From an uncultured Rhodobacteraceae bacterium (GTDB lineage: Bacteria; Pseudomonadota; Alphaproteobacteria; Rhodobacterales; Rhodobacteraceae), in contig CAJIZW010000105.1 of NCBI GenBank assembly GCA_905181985.1, forward strand, positions 1-48,914: DNA of 48,914 nucleotides. The letters run 5' to 3'. A program made the position numbers and the translations under genes. This document shows positions 29,752 through 38,696 of the stretch, piece by piece. The notes below the pieces were generated by a model that saw only the letters and a list, made by a program, of their open reading frames with translations, did no database searches and was not told the origin of the DNA. Numbering within the stretch: the first letter of the stretch is position 1; every line of letters starts with the position of its first letter.

Positions 29752-31041
29752 TTAAGTTACCAAAGACCTCACAGAGTAAACTGGATCTTTCCAAATTTCC
29801 TTATGTAAAATATCAGACAAAATATCTACAGCTCTCCAAACATCTTCATAAGATGTATATAAGGGGGTAAAGCCAAATCTAATAATGTTAGGCGCCCTAA
29901 AGTCTCCTATGACATCTAAAGAAATAAGTGCTTGCATTATTTCCCACCCATTTATGTGCGTAAATGAAACTTGGCTACCTCGTTTATTAGGATCTTTTGG
30001 ACTGTACAGTTCCAAACCAAAGCCACTACATTTACTCTCGACAAGTTCGATAAATAACTGGGTGAGATTTTGGGATTTTTTTCTTAACTCCAGAAAATTT
30101 ACCGACTCGAAAATATCTAAACTTTTCTCTAAAGCCAGATAAGATAATATCGCAGGCGAACCACATCGAAACTTTTCAATCGTTTCTGCTGGCTCATAAT
30201 TAATATCAAAAGAAAAAGGGTTTGCGTGACCTTGCCAACCTGTAAGTGTATTAGCCGCTTGTTTTAAGTGTCGCTCAGCCACAAACAAATAAGCAGGACC
30301 ACCATGCCCAGAGTTCAAATATTTGTATGTGCAACCTATTGCAAAGTCTGCATTACAAGAATTTAAATCTACTGGAAGAGCACCTAAACTATGAGCTAGG
30401 TCCCAAATGATCAAAGCGCCATGCTCATGAGCTTTTCTTGTAATTCGCTCCATATCATGTATTTCACCGGTTTTGTAATTAACATGAGTTAAAGTAACTA
30501 CCGCAGTTTTGTCATTAATTGCCGCTATTATTTCGTCATCTGTATGCCCGGCCAACACCAAATTAGTTTCAGGAAAAAAATTATTTAACACTCCCTGAAC
30601 AACATGAATATCAGAAGGAAAGTTTCCCTTCTCAGATAAAACTTCTAATCTCTCTGGTCGCATCTTGAGAGCGGCGATTAACATTTTAAATAAATTTAAA
30701 GACGTAGAATCAACTATAAGAACTTCGCCCTCATTGGCTCCCATCATCGGGGCCAATCGATTACCTAGCGTAAGAGGCATATTATGCCAGCCTTTTCCAT
30801 TCCAACTTCTTATCAACCCAGTTCTCCAACCATCTCGAATTTCTTTTGCAAAATAGTCAGGAACACTTTTTGGCATTGCTCCAAGCGAGTTTCCATCAAG
30901 ATATATAAGTCCTTCAGGGAGATCAAATTTTTTTGCCTGGTTAGCCAAAGGGTCTTGAAGATCAAGCTCTTTAATATCTTGAAAAGATAGGTTTTTAGAA
31001 CTCAAATTTTCATTAAAATAATATAAATTGCTCATCCACAT
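29752..31041 (-). CDS. kynU: Kynureninase
   Basis: PLP enzyme with LDGNSLGAMP, DLAHSLGALP and the lysine motif GCTYKYLNSGHGGPA. Confidence 0.9.
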   Translation of the reverse strand: MWMSNLYYFNENLSSKNLSFQDIKELDLQDPLANQAKKFDLPEGLIYLDGNSLGAMPKSVPDYFAKEIRDGWRTGLIRSWNGKGWHNMPLTLGNRLAPMMGANEGEVLIVDSTSLNLFKMLIAALKMRPERLEVLSEKGNFPSDIHVVQGVLNNFFPETNLVLAGHTDDEIIAAINDKTAVVTLTHVNYKTGEIHDMERITRKAHEHGALIIWDLAHSLGALPVDLNSCNADFAIGCTYKYLNSGHGGPAYLFVAERHLKQAANTLTGWQGHANPFSFDINYEPAETIEKFRCGSPAILSYLALEKSLDIFESVNFLELRKKSQNLTQLFIELVESKCSGFGLELYSPKDPNKRGSQVSFTHINGWEIMQALISLDVIGDFRAPNIIRFGFTPLYTSYEDVWRAVDILSDILHKEIWKDPVYSVRSLVT

Positions 31042-31439
31042 CCCATTTCTGTAAAATTATTTTGTTAAGCCTTAATCTGATAGCTATATTTGTTCTATTT
31101 GGGTTTTTCAATCAGCCCAACGTACTTTATCGATATGAAGGAACAAAAGATGGGGTTTGCCAATGAAAAATTCAAATCCTCACACCAATTTCACTAAGAT
31201 GGCCCAAAAGGTTCACCAGATAAGTAGGGCTTTTAAAGGTCAGTCTCATTCTATCACTGCCCATGAGGAAAGACAGCATAAGTAATCTCAATTTTCTGAA
31301 ACTTGCTAATGCCTCATCAAACGTTCATCCAGACATTCTTCATACACGATAGCTAGGAGCTTTATTGAAATATGAACCATTTTTTGCTTTGCTCCCATAC
31401 ACAGCACTTGCAATGCAAACGTATAGTTTTGAAAGGTAT

Positions 31440-32582
31440 TTACGAAAAAGCCCTTTCAAAAAACCAATAAATTCCTATAGTTGCTATGGTCAAAGAGCAA
31501 GGAAAAACTACAACTTTTCTGTACTGAATAAAGCGTCCAAATGGCAGTGCTAAAAGCATAAATGCCACCGCAATTACAGTCAACTGGCCAAACTCTACTC
31601 CAATATTGAAAGCAACTAATGATAAGATAAATTGACCCTGTGCAAGCCCAAGGTCTCCTAAGACTGATGCAAATCCTAATCCATGTAATAGTCCAAATCC
31701 AAAGACTACTACAATACGCCACCACCCAAGCTTTGGGCGTAAAATATTTTCGATTGCTACATAAGAAATCGAAATAGCAATAAGCGCCTCAACAAGCCAC
31801 ATCTGCAAAGCAGGAATAGTAATAAAATTTAGTATGGATAGGCCCAATGTTACAGTATGGGCTAAAGTAAATGCAGTGATTTGTGATAGCAATGGCCGCC
31901 AAGCTAACGAAAATAAAAATAACCCAAACACAAATAAAATGTGATCTAAACCTTTGGGAATAATATGTTTAATCCCCTCCACCATAAATCTCCAGAAAAC
32001 CTGAACTTTAGTTTCATCAACAAATCCAGTCCTAGGAAGAGGAGCGCTCAGCTCTCCACCGTTAAGGAATGCCGCATAAGCATTATCACCAGTACCATGG
32101 CGCACCACTAAGCCACCATTTCGAGCAACCCAACCAAATGCAACTGGATCGTCATTCATTGGCAAGTCTACTTGAATTGTTAACTTTGTATCACGCGGTA
32201 GATCCAAGTTTGTTTCAGGAATAACTTCAATATTATTTAATTTGAAAGAACCTCCACCTTCAATTAACAAACCTTGCGCAAGCGAAGGCCACTCTTTACT
32301 TACCAAATTAGCTAATTCTGTATCTGTAAGACTGCGCAATTGATCATAAATAATTGCCTGAGGAGCATCATCAGTGTTAATCACTTCACTCAAATCGATG
32401 CCAGCAAGTAATGTCTCAACTGTAAGGAGCAACTCAATTTTAACTTTTGTCTTTGTCATAGTCACATCTGCAATCGCTGGCCGTAATTCATGAGCGTGAA
32501 CGCCTGTGAATGCTAAAAAACTCACAACAAGACTTGACATCAGTGCCAAACGCCACATCATCTTAGAAAAAGGTTTAGTCAT
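31440..32582 (-). CDS. HupE/UreJ_2 family membrane protein with N-terminal periplasmic domain
   Basis: Signal peptide ends VHA|HELRP. The C-terminal half is polytopic with HILFVFGL, GLLHGLGFASVL and FNIGVEFGQL. Alternative Met starts at 32561 and 32558. Confidence 0.7.
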   Translation of the reverse strand: MTKPFSKMMWRLALMSSLVVSFLAFTGVHAHELRPAIADVTMTKTKVKIELLLTVETLLAGIDLSEVINTDDAPQAIIYDQLRSLTDTELANLVSKEWPSLAQGLLIEGGGSFKLNNIEVIPETNLDLPRDTKLTIQVDLPMNDDPVAFGWVARNGGLVVRHGTGDNAYAAFLNGGELSAPLPRTGFVDETKVQVFWRFMVEGIKHIIPKGLDHILFVFGLFLFSLAWRPLLSQITAFTLAHTVTLGLSILNFITIPALQMWLVEALIAISISYVAIENILRPKLGWWRIVVVFGFGLLHGLGFASVLGDLGLAQGQFILSLVAFNIGVEFGQLTVIAVAFMLLALPFGRFIQYRKVVVFPCSLTIATIGIYWFFERAFS

Positions 32583-33393
32583 GTCGCAACGATCCCTGAT
32601 ACTTATTTTGAGCCTAATATTTACTAACCCAGTTTATGCCCATGAATTTTGGATTTCACCAGTTAAATACGAAATTGGCATTCATGAGCCCATTGAAGCT
32701 CACAATCGTGTAGGACAAAATTTTGTTGGTGGAAGTTATTACTTTTTAGAAAAAGACACTAATCGACATGAGGTCATGCAAGCAGAAAAAATAATCAAAG
32801 TTAACGGACGCAACGGTGATCGGCCTGCATTCCAACTAGAAGGTTTACCCAATGGGTTGGCAATATTAGTGCATGAAACCACAAATAGTACTTTAACGTA
32901 CAGAGATTATGAAAAGTTTAAAGGCTTTGTAAAACACAAAGCCTTTAAAGGACTTCCTCAGGCTCATATCTCACGTGGCTTACCAAAGATTGGTTTTGTT
33001 GAAAGCTATAGCCGCTTTGCAAAATCACTTGTCGCAATAGGCGATGGTGTGGGCCAAGATATTTCGGTTGGACATGAAATTGAAATAATTGCCCTAACCA
33101 ATCCTTACACAGATGACGTTAGCAATGGAATGCATGTGCAAGTCTTAATGGCGGGGCGGCCACGCGCAAATGTACAAGTAGAGATTTTTGAGCGTCCATT
33201 TAACTCAGATGGGAAAGTTCAAATAAGTTTGTATACAACAGATATCAATGGCATCGCTTTATTTCCAGTTACAAGAGGTCATGAATATATGTTAGATAAC
33301 GTCGCTTTAATTGCAATTGAACCCAAAGTTAAAGGAGATCCTGTTTGGCAAAGTATATGGGCAAATTTAACATTTTATATTCCAAATAAGTAA
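32581..33393 (+). CDS. DUF4198 periplasmic protein (COG5266, Ni/Co-uptake-associated)
   Basis: MSQRSLILILSLIFTNPVYA|HEFWISP is the hallmark mature N-terminus. The track start at 32506 is upstream; ATG is at 32581. Confidence 0.75.
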   Translation: MSQRSLILILSLIFTNPVYAHEFWISPVKYEIGIHEPIEAHNRVGQNFVGGSYYFLEKDTNRHEVMQAEKIIKVNGRNGDRPAFQLEGLPNGLAILVHETTNSTLTYRDYEKFKGFVKHKAFKGLPQAHISRGLPKIGFVESYSRFAKSLVAIGDGVGQDISVGHEIEIIALTNPYTDDVSNGMHVQVLMAGRPRANVQVEIFERPFNSDGKVQISLYTTDINGIALFPVTRGHEYMLDNVALIAIEPKVKGDPVWQSIWANLTFYIPNK

Positions 33394-33634
33394 ATATTTT
33401 AAATATAGTCATTTTTTTCAACACTCCAACAATAATGTCTTTTCTACATTTCTTACGTGCTGATTCCTCACCCGAGTTGGGATCCGCAATACAGCTGAGT
33501 ATACCAAATCGTACGAACGACTAGGGTGTCACCTAGTTAAACTGACACCGCTGTTATCTATTTTGATCTGTTATTTCGTTGTGGGTAGTGTTGTGGGTAG
33601 AGAATTAGGAGTTATTTTTTCCTAATTAAATCAA

Positions 33635-33656
33635 GCCACTACAGATGTGTAGTGGC
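33635..33656 (-). terminator. Hairpin overlapping the tRNA-Ser 3' end (terminator or processing element)
   Basis: GCCACTACA / TGTAGTGGC with a 4-nt loop. On the minus strand it is followed by TTGATTTAATT. Confidence 0.35.
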
Positions 33657-33742
33657 AGAGACGAAGGGATTCGAACCCTCGAGACCCTTCCGGGCCTACT
33701 CCCTTAGCAGGGGAGCGCCTTCGACCGCTCGGCCACGTCTCC
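33653..33742 (-). tRNA. tRNA-Ser (anticodon GCU)
   Basis: The minus strand reads GGAGACGTGGCCGAGCGGTCGAAGGCGCTCCCCTGCTAAGGGAGTAGGCCCGGAAGGGTCTCGAGGGTTCGAATCCCTTCGTCTCTGCCA. It folds into a cloverleaf with anticodon loop CTGCTAA, a long variable arm, GTTCGAATC T-loop, G73 and an encoded CCA. Confidence 0.92.
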
Positions 33743-33875
33743 ACCGACCGCTATACTAGGTTGAAGCCAAGGATAAAAGTCGATTCTTTTAGCTTATGTA
33801 TCTTTAGTAAATAGACAGATATTTTTTTAATTAGATATAGAATTTTTATCAGGAGACTTATTCTTAAGGCAAAAC

Positions 33876-34742
33876 TTACCCTCTTTTTTTTATCTGCCAT
33901 GTAGCGTAGGCAAACAAAGCTAGCACAACAATTGAACCTCCAGATATAGACATTAAACCAGGGTTCTCACCAATTACCAACCACAAAATTAGAGGAGCAA
34001 GACAAACCTCCAGGAGGTTTATCATAGAAACTTCTGGAGCAGGTAAATATCTTGGACCAATAGTTAATAAAGAGATAGCCACAGGTAACATCAAAACTCC
34101 TCCTAACGTTAATAATATCCACTGGGTTCCTAAAAGAGGAGAGAAATCTGCTAAAGGGTACGCAAGGGCAGCAGAAATAAAAAAAGATAAACCAATTGCA
34201 GGTATCATATTAATGCGTCTTGCACCCCTAACAGCTACATAGAAAGCTGCGATACAAAGCGCGTTGAAAAATGCGATAGTATCACCAAAAAAAGTTCCAG
34301 TAGCCGTTGATCCAAGTGAAACTATAAAAATACCAAAGCAAACTACTACCAAAGTAATCAACATAGAGCTTGAAGCTTTCTCTTTTAGGAAGATCCAAGA
34401 TAGAACAACTCCCATAACCGGAGCAGTAGAATATAGGATAAGCGCATTTGCGGCACTGGTGTGATCTAACGAAACGCAAAACAGCACCATCCCCACACCT
34501 TGAAATCCAGCTACTAATAAGCCTTTGTATCCGAGTGATCTAAATACAGATAAAGTTTTTGACCCATAAACAACAAGGCAGCAAAAGAAAACAGTAAGGC
34601 CTGCGAATAACCCTCTCCAAAAAGCAATCGTAAATCCATCTGTAGCAGTCAATCGAAAGAGAAGTGTATCAGGGGTTAACACCAAAGTACCCAGCACAGT
34701 AATTAAAATACCAAATGTTCGAGGATTACTTTTTTTAAGCAT
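33876..34742 (-). CDS. EamA/DMT family transporter
   Basis: 10 TM helices in two EamA halves. ATG at 34742 (MLKKSNPRTFGILI); the track start at 34805 is TTG. Confidence 0.8.
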   Translation of the reverse strand: MLKKSNPRTFGILITVLGTLVLTPDTLLFRLTATDGFTIAFWRGLFAGLTVFFCCLVVYGSKTLSVFRSLGYKGLLVAGFQGVGMVLFCVSLDHTSAANALILYSTAPVMGVVLSWIFLKEKASSSMLITLVVVCFGIFIVSLGSTATGTFFGDTIAFFNALCIAAFYVAVRGARRINMIPAIGLSFFISAALAYPLADFSPLLGTQWILLTLGGVLMLPVAISLLTIGPRYLPAPEVSMINLLEVCLAPLILWLVIGENPGLMSISGGSIVVLALFAYATWQIKKRG

Positions 34743-34879
34743 CTTGAAATAATTACCTAATACTATCTGACTTTTAATATCAGCACTCGGGTTATAAAAG
34801 GTCAAATATACTCTAAGTACAGAGGTTTACATGGATGTATAAAAAACTTTGAATTTAAATAGTACTATTGTCGTTAAAA

Positions 34880-36037
34880 TTAATTAGTTACCTTTTGGAT
34901 CAGGGACTCATCACAACCAATTTCTTGTAATATTTGCAAGGTATGTTCTCCCAATTTAGGTGGTGGCGTCTCAACTAAGTTTTCTGAAGAAATAGGATTT
35001 CTAACAAATCTCATTTTCTGCTTTGTAGTCCCTACTTCAATCTCAGAAAAGGCATTATACTCTTCAGAAATTAAGTTATTAGATATACTTTCTATATTTT
35101 CAATTACAGAGCAAGGGATTGAGTTTTTAATAAGTAGATCCATCCAATAACTGGAAGGTTTTTTCTGCAAATAATTACCAAGGACTTCATCTAGTTCGTC
35201 TCTATTCGCTAAACGAGTCTCTGCTCCTTGAAACCGTGGGTCGATCAGTAAACTCGTCAATCCAATAGCTTTACAAAAGGGCGCCCAATCTTTTTCACTA
35301 CCCAACCCTATAACAATATCTTGATCTGCTGTTGGATAAGGTTCGAAGGGTGTTGATGAGGGGTGTCTAGAGCCAATAGGGCCTGGCACTACACCCGTGT
35401 TCAAATGTCGAGCAAATGCGTTTTCTAAACACGCCCACTGACAGGCTAACATAGAGACGTCCAAATGACCTATATTATCTTTACCCTGGGCATCCCGCTC
35501 ATAAAGGCGTTGCAGAATACCAATAACAGCGAACATCGCCGCGGATATGTCTCCAACGGAGAACCCTACGCGGGTAGGACTTCCTCCCAGCTCTCCATTA
35601 ATACTCATCATCCCACTCATGGCTTGGACGACTATGTCATATGCTGGACGATCGGATAAACTCCCTTTCTGTCCAAAACCAGAAATCGACGCAGAGATTA
35701 ATTTTGGATTTATCGCCTTCAATTCTTCGTCGCCACATCCCAAGCGATCACGAACACCAGGCCGCATATTCTCTACAAATACGTCAGCTGAAGCAAGGAG
35801 TTTGTGCAATACTGCCTTTCCATCATCTGTTTTTAAATCAAGCTTAATTGAACGCTTGTTGCGGTTGACAGAAGCGAAATACAAACCAACCCCATCCTTA
35901 AAGGGAGGAGTGGTTCGAGAAGTGTCGCCATTTGGATTTTCAACCTTTATTACATCTGCACCTAGGCTCGCCAATAACCATGTGCAAAAAGGGCCAGAAA
36001 GAACACTCGTCATATCTACAACACGTATTCCCTTCAT
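34880..36037 (-). CDS. Family III CoA-transferase (CaiB/BaiF)
   Basis: GIRVVDMTSVLSGPFCTWLLASLGADVIKVE N-terminal signature. The start overlaps the upstream stop (TAATG). Confidence 0.85.
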   Translation of the reverse strand: MKGIRVVDMTSVLSGPFCTWLLASLGADVIKVENPNGDTSRTTPPFKDGVGLYFASVNRNKRSIKLDLKTDDGKAVLHKLLASADVFVENMRPGVRDRLGCGDEELKAINPKLISASISGFGQKGSLSDRPAYDIVVQAMSGMMSINGELGGSPTRVGFSVGDISAAMFAVIGILQRLYERDAQGKDNIGHLDVSMLACQWACLENAFARHLNTGVVPGPIGSRHPSSTPFEPYPTADQDIVIGLGSEKDWAPFCKAIGLTSLLIDPRFQGAETRLANRDELDEVLGNYLQKKPSSYWMDLLIKNSIPCSVIENIESISNNLISEEYNAFSEIEVGTTKQKMRFVRNPISSENLVETPPPKLGEHTLQILQEIGCDESLIQKVTN

Positions 36038-36681
36038 TATTCTGATACCTTTATACGTGCCTTGATTTTTATCTGATGATTTCTATCAGAAGATTTTGCT
36101 ATTTTAAAAAGCTTTTCATATTCATAATCAAACTCAGAAAAGTCTATTATTCTATCAACCAAGCCCCACTGCAACGCCTCATCTGCATCAATAGTTTGAC
36201 CACCAAGCAATATAATTGAGGTGCGCCCTTTTCCTATAAGTGAACACAGACTATTAACGTCATACTGCCCTGGTAACACGTTATTTTTAAAAACGGGGTA
36301 TGCGAAGCGGGCCTTTAAGACAGACACTCTAATGTCACACCCTAAAGCTAACGATAGGCCTCCTCCCATACAATGACCATTTAACAAGGCAACCGTCATA
36401 ACTGGAATTTTTCTAAGACTCTCAGCCATTCTACTCCACTCATCAGGAGTGTCATCACCACCAGTAACAAGCTCTGAAAGATCAGCACCAGCACAAAATA
36501 CTCGATCCCCAGCTCCTGTGACCACAACGCCTAGGAGATTATCATCTGCCGCTGCCTCTTTAAAAATAACTACTAACTCTTCTAGCATTTCATTGGTCAA
36601 TGAATTGGCTTTATGGGGACGATTGACAGTAACTGTCAAAATATTTTTATCTCGACTTTGAAGTATAAGGTTATCAACCAT
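36037..36681 (-). CDS. Enoyl-CoA hydratase/isomerase (crotonase) family protein, short form
   Basis: VVTGAGDRVFCAGADLSEL and GHCMGGGLSLALGCD. 214 aa. AAGGAG SD. Confidence 0.8.
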   Translation of the reverse strand: MVDNLILQSRDKNILTVTVNRPHKANSLTNEMLEELVVIFKEAAADDNLLGVVVTGAGDRVFCAGADLSELVTGGDDTPDEWSRMAESLRKIPVMTVALLNGHCMGGGLSLALGCDIRVSVLKARFAYPVFKNNVLPGQYDVNSLCSLIGKGRTSIILLGGQTIDADEALQWGLVDRIIDFSEFDYEYEKLFKIAKSSDRNHQIKIKARIKVSE

Positions 36682-36731
36682 TTCTATCTCCTTAAAAAAA
36701 TAACCATAAAAGATAACAAAGAGAATTCAAA

Positions 36732-37427
36732 TCACTTTTCTTGAAAAAGGTTATCTAAGAATTTATAAAACCACTTCGCTTGTGAGGCATCGCTCTTATA
36801 CATCAACCTGGTTTGATTTTTTGGAGACTGCTCGCCAAGTTGCCTTGACCAATCCTCCTTTTGCCATCGCCTAAAACCCTCAATCGTAACTTCAGGATGA
36901 AACTGAAATCCATACACTTTCTCTCCATATTTAAATGCTTGATTTGGAAACAACTTACTACCAGCCAATCTAATTGCTCCTGCAGGAATACCAAAAGTGT
37001 GGGAATGTGCCTGCGTAACAAAAAGAGGTTTTTGTAGAAAACCACAAGCTACTGCTTCTGGTGTAGGCTCTATTTGATAATAACCAAATTCACTCGCTTT
37101 ACTATCAAGAGGGCCAACTTTAGCCCCTAGGTGGTATGCTATTTGTTGGGCACCCTGACAAATTCCTAGCATAGGTATGTCAGCAGTTAAACAATCTCTA
37201 ATCCACTGATATTCATCTTCAAGAAATGGAAAATCTTGTGTCTCAAACACATTATATTGACCACCATAAAGAACAGTTCCAATCACAGAGTCGTCTATGT
37301 CTTCAATAAGCTCTCCCTTAAAGGGTTTATATATTTTAATATCTATACAGTTAAGGGAGGCCCAATTAACAACTCTGTCATCTATGGGACCTTCTCCATG
37401 TCTAATTAGAACTAATTTTCTTCTCAC
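36732..37427 (-). CDS. Class I glutamine amidotransferase-like protein
   Basis: Nucleophile elbow MLGICQGAQ and the His/Glu region GFQFHPE. GTG start after GGGAGG. Confidence 0.8.
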   Translation of the reverse strand: MRRKLVLIRHGEGPIDDRVVNWASLNCIDIKIYKPFKGELIEDIDDSVIGTVLYGGQYNVFETQDFPFLEDEYQWIRDCLTADIPMLGICQGAQQIAYHLGAKVGPLDSKASEFGYYQIEPTPEAVACGFLQKPLFVTQAHSHTFGIPAGAIRLAGSKLFPNQAFKYGEKVYGFQFHPEVTIEGFRRWQKEDWSRQLGEQSPKNQTRLMYKSDASQAKWFYKFLDNLFQEK

Positions 37428-37469
37428 CTGGGCCTCCCAAGTATAAATTCAGCAATTCAAATTTATAGT

Positions 37470-38567
37470 TTACGCGTTAAACAGAAAATGTAGCACGTCT
37501 CCATCTTTGACAGTATAACTTTTCCCTTCAACTCTCATTTTACCAGCTTCCTTTGCTCTTTGTTCGCCATTAAAAGAAACAAAATCATTAAAAGCGATAG
37601 TTTCAGCACGAATGAAACCTCTTTCGAAGTCACCATGGATTACACCAGCTGCCTGCGGCGCTAACGTACCATGCTTAACTGTCCAAGCCCTTGCTTCTTT
37701 TGGACCCACAGTAAAATAAGTTTCTAATTGTAATAAATCATATCCTGCTCGAATTAATCTGTCCAAGCCTGCTTCACCCAAACCCATTTCACTTAAAAAT
37801 AGCTCAGCCTCATCTTCATCTAACTGACTAATTTCTTCCTCAATCTGAGCACTAATTATAACTACACCTGAGTTTTGTTTCTCAGCCATTTCAAGTACTT
37901 TCTGGGTAAAGGAGTTCCCACTCGACGCACTGTCTTCGCCGACGTTACAAACAAATAGAATCGGTTTTGCTGTCAATAACTGGAGCATTGTCCAAGCTTT
38001 TAAGTCATCCTCATCTACCGAGACAGTTCTAGCCGGTAACCCATCCTCTAACACTACTAAGGCATCTCTTAAGAGACGCTCTTGCTGGATTGCTTCTTTA
38101 TCACCACCTCTAACTTTACGGGTTAAACCTTGAAGGCGTTTCTCAATACTTTCAATATCAGCCAACATTAATTCTGTTTCAATAGTCTCTGCATCTGAAA
38201 CTGGGTCGATACGGTCGCTTACATGGGTAATATCATCATCTTCGAAACAACGTAGGACATGTGCAATCGCATCAACCTCACGAATGTTTGCTAAAAATTG
38301 ATTGCCCAAACCTTCTCCTTTTGAGGCACCTTTAACTAAACCTGCTATATCTACGAATGTCATACGAGTTGGAATAATTTGTTTCGACTCTGCTATCTTT
38401 GCCAACTCATCAAGGCGTCTATCAGGGACACCAACTTCTCCAATGTTTGGCTCAATAGTGCAGAATGGAAAGTTAGCGGCTTGAGCCGCTGCTGTTTTAG
38501 TCAGTGCATTAAACAGTGTTGATTTTCCAACATTAGGCAATCCAACAATACCCATTTTAAATCCCAT
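37470..38567 (-). CDS. ychF: Redox-regulated ribosome-binding ATPase YchF
   Basis: [35 protein letters not shown], and a C-terminal TGS-like domain ([16 protein letters not shown]). Confidence 0.95.
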   Translation of the reverse strand: MGFKMGIVGLPNVGKSTLFNALTKTAAAQAANFPFCTIEPNIGEVGVPDRRLDELAKIAESKQIIPTRMTFVDIAGLVKGASKGEGLGNQFLANIREVDAIAHVLRCFEDDDITHVSDRIDPVSDAETIETELMLADIESIEKRLQGLTRKVRGGDKEAIQQERLLRDALVVLEDGLPARTVSVDEDDLKAWTMLQLLTAKPILFVCNVGEDSASSGNSFTQKVLEMAEKQNSGVVIISAQIEEEISQLDEDEAELFLSEMGLGEAGLDRLIRAGYDLLQLETYFTVGPKEARAWTVKHGTLAPQAAGVIHGDFERGFIRAETIAFNDFVSFNGEQRAKEAGKMRVEGKSYTVKDGDVLHFLFNA

Positions 38568-38570
38568 TTT

Positions 38571-38585
38571 TTTTCCTTAATATTA
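38571..38585. repeat. Left copy of the inverted repeat at the inversion junction (TTTTCCT TAATATTA)
   Basis: Matches the reverse complement of 43322-43338 (TTTTCCT AA TAATATTA): 15 of 15 nt identical with a 2-nt insertion. Confidence 0.4.
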
Positions 38586-38696
38586 ATATAATTTCGTTGG
38601 ATTTACGTTCTTGATGCACGTAACGTCAAGGAGGGCATTGATTCTTACTGCATTATTAGTGCAAACTTTTAATATAAAATCAAAAAGGTAACATAA

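Noticed and set aside
31365-31553. 62-aa plus-strand ORF at the 3' end of the HupE-like gene
   Set aside because: It overlaps the minus-strand HupE-like coding region over more than half its length. It has no RBS and no recognisable motifs.
33394-33875. Genomic island or prophage integrated at tRNA-Ser
   Set aside because: No integrase, transposase or phage gene lies on either side. I could not spot a duplicated tRNA 3' segment in the window. The flanking genes are ordinary metabolic and transport genes.
35547-36065. 172-aa plus-strand ORF, together with 35465..35659 and 35641..35847
   Set aside because: These are fully antisense to the well-supported CoA-transferase gene. Their Ser/Pro/Arg-rich composition is typical of shadow ORFs, and they contain no motifs.
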